A stretch of DNA of 64,000 bases, from contig CP120454.1 in the NCBI GenBank assembly GCA_034226945.1, positions 1,426,001 through 1,490,000 of the forward strand. The letters are read 5' to 3'. The translations under genes were made by a program, and so were the position numbers. The stretch's first letter is position 1, and each line of letters starts with the position of its first letter. The notes beneath the pieces were generated by a model, which worked only from the letters and a program-made list of their open reading frames with translations, was not told the DNA's origin and ran no database searches. Positions 58,701 through 64,000 of this stretch are shown one piece after another. The DNA is from Picochlorum sp. SENEW3 (taxonomy: Eukaryota).

Positions 58701-61700
58701 CGTGTGCAGCCAATTCCAGACGAGGAAACTGGTGAATAAGCCGATGCAACGTTTTCCCCATTTTGGGAAATCGAATCAGCTCGCCTATATCCTGTGAGGA
58801 CAGATCATACCACCGCTCCCATGGAAGTTCTTTTCGTTCAACCTTCATGAGAATTTCTGCAGGGATGCCTGCAAATTGTCTCAGTGGTGTTTGACTTGCC
58901 CACATTCTGACTTGAACACATTTACTCAAAGCCAACGCTTTGTCAGCTAGATTAGCCCATCCTCTTCTGCAACAGACTTCGTACAGACATCGCATCAGAC
59001 GACCAGCACTCTGTGTGACATAGACCATGTCTGCACTGAGAGAAAGGCCCTCGAGCTGAAGGCGGGAGATGTGAGCTTGCAAAAGCACGTTTATTTTTGC
59101 TGCGGGCTCATCAAGACCTTCTTTGATTGGTATAGGTACCCGATCAATCAGTTTTGCCAGCTCTAATTTCTCTTCTTCTCTCACAACCATGTACTTGAAC
59201 TCTTCGGCTTGCGTGAATAATCTCATCAATTCAATATCTCCCATTGTTGGTCTAAGATGCTCATTGAATGCTGCAATAGTATCAATTGAGACATAGTAAT
59301 GCGAAGCAATGCGCCCCAAGTCTGTGGATTGCAAGGCTCCACTTCTTCTATCATACTTGAGCAAATTATGTTTGTCAAGCATAGCTGCAGCAGTATGTGC
59401 TAAATCTAACCTTCTCTCCTTCAGTGTTGGGTCTGAATCTATGGCATCAAGAGGAACTCCATATAGCTGTGGGTTGCAGAGCATCCTAACGTAAAAGTAC
59501 GTGTATCCAAGCCAAGACGCAGCGTCATCAATACTCTGCACCGTACCCAGAACCACCTCAGCATTCAAATTGTTTGCCAAAGTCGATATCAATTGACTTT
59601 CAACCGGCAATTGCATGTTGAAAAGACTCAGGTAGAACTGAAGTTCTGAATGGGCAGTGATGATGATTCCCTCACCAAAAGTGTCGAATTGTGGGCGGCC
59701 TGCTCGACCAAACATTTGCATGACATCCAGAGGGGACAATTCAGTCCAGGCTGATTTCACAGGATTGTAAATCTGTGTTCCTTTAATAATTACCGTATGA
59801 GCGGGTAAATTGACACCCCATGCCAACGTAGCTGTGGACACAAGAACTTGAATGTGTCCATCTGCAAAGAGATCCTCCACGAGGGTGCGATCAGCCCTTG
59901 TCATGCCCGCATGATGTATCCCCAGACCAAACGGCAGCAAACTTTTCAAATCTGCTGACTTTACAGCCTCTGCTTCAGTCTGCAAAATTTCTCTTGAAGC
60001 AGAATCGTCCTTGAGTATCTTCAAAAGCGTTTCATTCTTCATAGCCTCATCCTTCAAAAACCTGGCTGTCTTGGCTGTCTCTTTCCTAGAGTGCACAAAT
60101 ATCAAGACCTGGTGCTTCCCAGCGGCTTCCATGACTTTGTCGTAACATATTTCGTTCATCAGCTGGAAGCGCTGCAATGGCTTTTTTACTGTCACCCCAA
60201 TGTATTGCTGAGCAAGGGGACAAGGCCTAAATGAGTTGTCAAAATGGAAGAGACCCTTCTCGGGCGAGACACGGAGGAATGCTGCCACATCCTCGTAATT
60301 TGGCAGCGTAGCTGAGAGTCCCACCAGGCGCACCATCTCTTGAGTGCTTTCTATTTGTCGGAGAGTCCTAGCAACAAGGCACTCTAGCACAGGACCTCTT
60401 GTATCATGCAGCAGATGAATTTCATCAATAATCACGAGTTTCACTAGCTGTGTATAGGCTCGTTCTCCTGATTTTCTCGTGATAATGTCCCATTTCTCTG
60501 GAGTCACAATAATCAGCTGGGTCTCCTCAATCTCTGATTTCGTCAAAGAAATATCTCCTGTCAGCTCCCTGACTTTGATGCCGTATGGTTCAAGCCGTTT
60601 AGAAAAATTACCCACCATTTCAGCAACCAATGCTTTCATTGGAGCCACGTATATCATCTTGAATGCACTGGTATCAATAGTTCCATCTCCTTTGCGATGC
60701 ATTCCAATCTCGTGAAGCATGGAGAGCATCGCCACGTTCGTCTTCCCCGCACCAGTAGGGGCACAGACAAGCATGTTCTCAGAAGAAAAGAGCGCAGTGT
60801 CATATACTTGAGATTGAATTCTATTGAGACTCTTCATTCCTTTGAACCCAGGCTGAGCCCACTCGGGAAGCTCCTTAATCCCTTTTAACTTTTCACCTTT
60901 CGCAAAAGGCTTGGCTTTCAGTGCTGGAACATGAACTTCTTCATAGCCTTTGTGCACAGTTCTGTACGACCCTTGGGGCAATGAGGTAGACTTGTTTGAG
61001 TTTAAATGACCTTCCTCTGCAAATTTCAGCGATTCCAAGTCCAATATCTTTCTGTTAGACACACCTTCATTTGAGATCCCTTGATGAAAGCCATTTTCCT
61101 GGCTTCTAAGCTTCCTAGCCTCCTCCCTGATGGATCTCTCCACAGCAGTCTCTCTGTCTCGTGCTGATGCCCGAGTCCCCTTTAGTTCGTTCAGAACAGC
61201 CTTGCCGTTCGCAGTCAGTCCCATCTCGTCCTCTATTTGTTTTCTTTCTGTTTCATTCTCCGCCCTTCCCAGCCTCATACACCACACAATACGATCTTTA
61301 TTGATGATGAGTTCTTTGACCAGATCAAACCTCTCAAAATCCAGCAGCATGACCAGCTTGTTTTCCATTTCTCTTGTATCACTAGATTGTAACTCTTGGA
61401 AAACTTGCTCGGCCAATTGCTGGGCTTGTGTTGCATCCAAATCATCGTAACGCCTTGAAATACGGCGCTGAAGCCAGAATGCATCAATCTCCTGGGCTGG
61501 GATGGTAGATCCACCACCCATTTGCCCATCAATCTCCATCTCATCCCCTCCATCAGCTCTCACAGCATTTCCTTCCTCAACTGGAATATCATCCGCTTCT
61601 TCCTCATCGTCAACAATAGTTCTCACCAACCCATCTTCATCCTCGTCTTCTTCATCCTCATCCTCAAATTCTACTGCCACGCCCAACTCCTCATCCATTT

Positions 61701-62487
61701 CATGGCCCCCGACTGCGACAGATGCTGCAATCGCTTCCTCAGACGTAAAATCGTTTATCAATTTCCCGATCGCCACGAACTCGGAGAACTTCTCATCGGA
61801 CACCTGCCCAAGCAACTTGCCTACTTCAGCCTGTCGCTCAGGGTCTCTCAGCGAGTCATTCTTAAGTGTCGCCAAAATCTCATCAGCTGCCCCACATAAA
61901 ACATCGTGAGGAGCATCCCCAAATTGACTACGTATCGACGACAATAAAGCTTCGTACGCGGCTTTAGTCTCCTTCGTCTTGGGCCTATAAAGCCCAGCAG
62001 TCTCCATGTCCAGCACACTCATAGCAGTCCCAGGCCTCGCCCTTTTCGCACTGAAATCTTCACTCTGACCTTTTTTAGCCCTTTTAGACGATCCTTTACC
62101 ATTTTTAATCGCTTCTGGCTTGGTCTGCTGCACCCTATCGCCCATATTCCCAGCCATATTACCCCACAAGCTTTGAGCACTTCCGTCTGGTTCCTTTCCT
62201 CCTCGAGTTCGTTGCTCTGCGGTGAGGACTAAATTCGAGTTCTGCAAACATTAAAAAAAACAAATAGTATCAACAGTGAAGCTTCAACCTGCAATGACGC
62301 CTCGGATGCGACCCAATGCTGACAAACATCAGACTTGGCCAACCCAAACGCAACAGGGGACGAACAGACACACACTCATGTCAATACATAAGTCATACAA
62401 CAGTATAAAACGTACCGCCATGTAGTCATACTGCTTATACCTCGCGAAATCCTCCGCTCGGGAGGATTTCTTATCAGCCCCGACCAT
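55788..62487 (-). CDS. BRR2: U5 snRNP 200-kDa helicase Brr2
   Basis: Exon 1 encodes ...RYKQYDYMA|NSNLVL. Tandem Ski2 helicase-Sec63 cassettes (APTGAGKT/DEIH and APTGSG/DELH). Introns at 62415-62242 and 58330-58267. Confidence 0.96.
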
Positions 62488-62737
62488 GCGGCCTTTCCTC
62501 GTGTACTATAAAGCCTCAAGAGGTTGGACTGTAGTATTTACGACACTTGTATACTATTTTTAAAATTTTAACAGCCTGCATGGACAGACTATCGAGGTGT
62601 ATGGCTTACATGCAGAATGCATACATACATCACAGCAGTATGGAGAGAGAAGAGCATGGAGCCTTTCCTGAAAGGCCTCGATCAAGGCATACATGTATGC
62701 CAAACATGCATCCAAGCTTGTTCTTGTCGAAAAGTCT

Positions 62738-63145
62738 TCACACTCCAAGCTCTGCCTTGGACTTTTCCAGCTCTGCTTTAGACTTTTCCAGCTCTGCCTT
62801 TGATGATTCCATCTTTTCTGAATCGATTCCGCAAGTGGAGCAACCTTTTTGACGCAATCCTTGGTAACTCCATCGCAATCACAGCTGCATTTGAAGTCAT
62901 CCCTAGTGATGTTTGCATCGCAGTCCTTGGAAGGACAGACAAAGCAATATCCATCCTTGAACAATGGGCATGCGGAATCCCCGGTTATGGAGGTATCACC
63001 AATAATTACCTCCCCAGCTGCACATAAAGTAGACGAAATAGTCGTTCTAAATGTTCATCATTACGTCAGCGCTTCGTTCATACAACGCACCAGCCAAGAC
63101 GACAGCCATAAGCATGGCCATCAGCATGAACCCAGTGTATTTCAT
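62738..63145 (-). CDS. Small secreted 8-Cys protein with C-terminal heptad repeat; apparent frameshift near 62815
   Basis: Signal exon at 63145-63091 and a 73-nt intron at 63090-63018. The Cys-rich core reads CPLF...CFVCPSKDC...CSCDC...C. The 21-bp repeats read SKAELEK only in a shifted frame. Confidence 0.6.
62747..62803 (-). repeat. ~3 x 21-bp tandem repeat (SKAELEK heptad)
   Basis: TCAAAGGCAGAGCTGGAAAAG / TCTAAAGCAGAGCTGGAAAAG / TCCAAGGCAGAGCTT on the minus strand. Confidence 0.85.
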
Positions 63146-63504
63146 GGTTCCTGTTCAATTTTTTGGCAAATATTTCAAAACCATATGCAAGAAAATGTAT
63201 TTGTGATTTATTCTCTGATTTTGTACAGAGAAAAGGATGGGATTATCAATATCAAGAGTTTCTTGTAGGAGATGATCCATCCAAGAGGACTCATGGGCTG
63301 GGCAGCCATTCCGGTCCATGCAATGCTTGCATGGACATGGGTGAGCACCTCGGTTCAATCGACAACAGGACGCGGATAAGCGCGTTGGTCGATCAACAGC
63401 CGGTTCCATCCACCGACGTTGGTCGACCACATATATTCGTAGAGCACCGTGAGGTATAGTACATTGTCAATTAAATCAATATACTCGTGAAATCAGTCCA
63501 AAAT

Positions 63505-64000
63505 ATGAGAGTATACTTGCTTGCTGTCTTATTGCTCAGTGCCACATCCTACGGAGCGGCAGAGTGCCCTCCTCCTGGCTTTGATTCCGTGTCCCCTGAT
63601 GTGTTTGATCTGGACGCGTACATCGCCAAGCCTTGGTATATTCAGGAGCAAATCCCTGTTGCGTACCAAACTGTGGATCAGTTGTATTGCGTCCGTGCTG
63701 CCTATCAGAGATTGGAGGACGACCTCGTCCAGGTCTATAATTATGCCAATCAGGTGCGCATTTTATGTTGCTATCAACCATGGACGTACAGTAGTTGATG
63801 TTTTTTGAACAATGTACGCATGCAGGGAGAAGTGAACGGGCCAAATCAAGTCACAGACGATAGCTTCAAGCTCTTGGGAGAAATTCCTGATCTGAGTGAC
63901 CCTGCCAAGCTTCAGGTGGGTATTTCAGGTCCATTCGGCAATGGGCCAATCTTTTCAGGACCATACTGGGTCGTGGCCATCGACGAGACGGATATCACGG
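63505..64000 (+). CDS. Secreted lipocalin-like protein (partial)
   Basis: Signal peptide, SCR1-like FDLDAYIAKPWY and YCVRAAY. After intron 63754-63825 comes the SCR2-like GPYWVVAID. Confidence 0.75.

Noticed and set aside
62242..62415. 174-nt BRR2 intron 1 as a snoRNA host
   Set aside because: Poor C box, short span to CTGA and no recognisable target complementarity.

Overview
This is eukaryotic nuclear DNA from a green alga with a very compact genome. The assignment to Chlorophyta (a Trebouxiophyceae/Picochlorum-like organism) is my inference. It rests on PSAH, LCYE and TPM plastid genes with transit peptides, sparse ~64-125 nt GT-AG introns, TGTAA poly(A) signals, and intergenic gaps down to 2-70 bp. 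The window holds about 40 protein genes, mostly housekeeping: ZGRF1-like helicase, MnmE, NSE4, RTF2, eIF2B-alpha, CCT4, PI4K-beta, Pol theta, LCYE, TRM10, a USP, TGT, HDA14-like, PSAH, DHHC, PepN, GH2 beta-galactosidase, LSM6 and BRR2. I saw no transposon, CRISPR array, tRNA or rRNA. The items most worth following up are: (1) a dual-guide box C/D snoRNA in the intron of an apparently non-coding host transcript at 32.7-32.9 kb; (2) a Chlamydia-type tRNA-guanine transglycosylase; (3) a plastid-type CBM20 + SAP domain fusion; (4) same-strand gene pairs with 7-54 nt spacers, which are bicistron candidates; (5) an unrecognised 93-aa three-exon membrane microprotein; (6) a secreted 8-Cys protein with a frameshifted heptad repeat; (7) tandem FAS1 proteins. 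All splice models and family assignments were made by eye, and no database searches were run.
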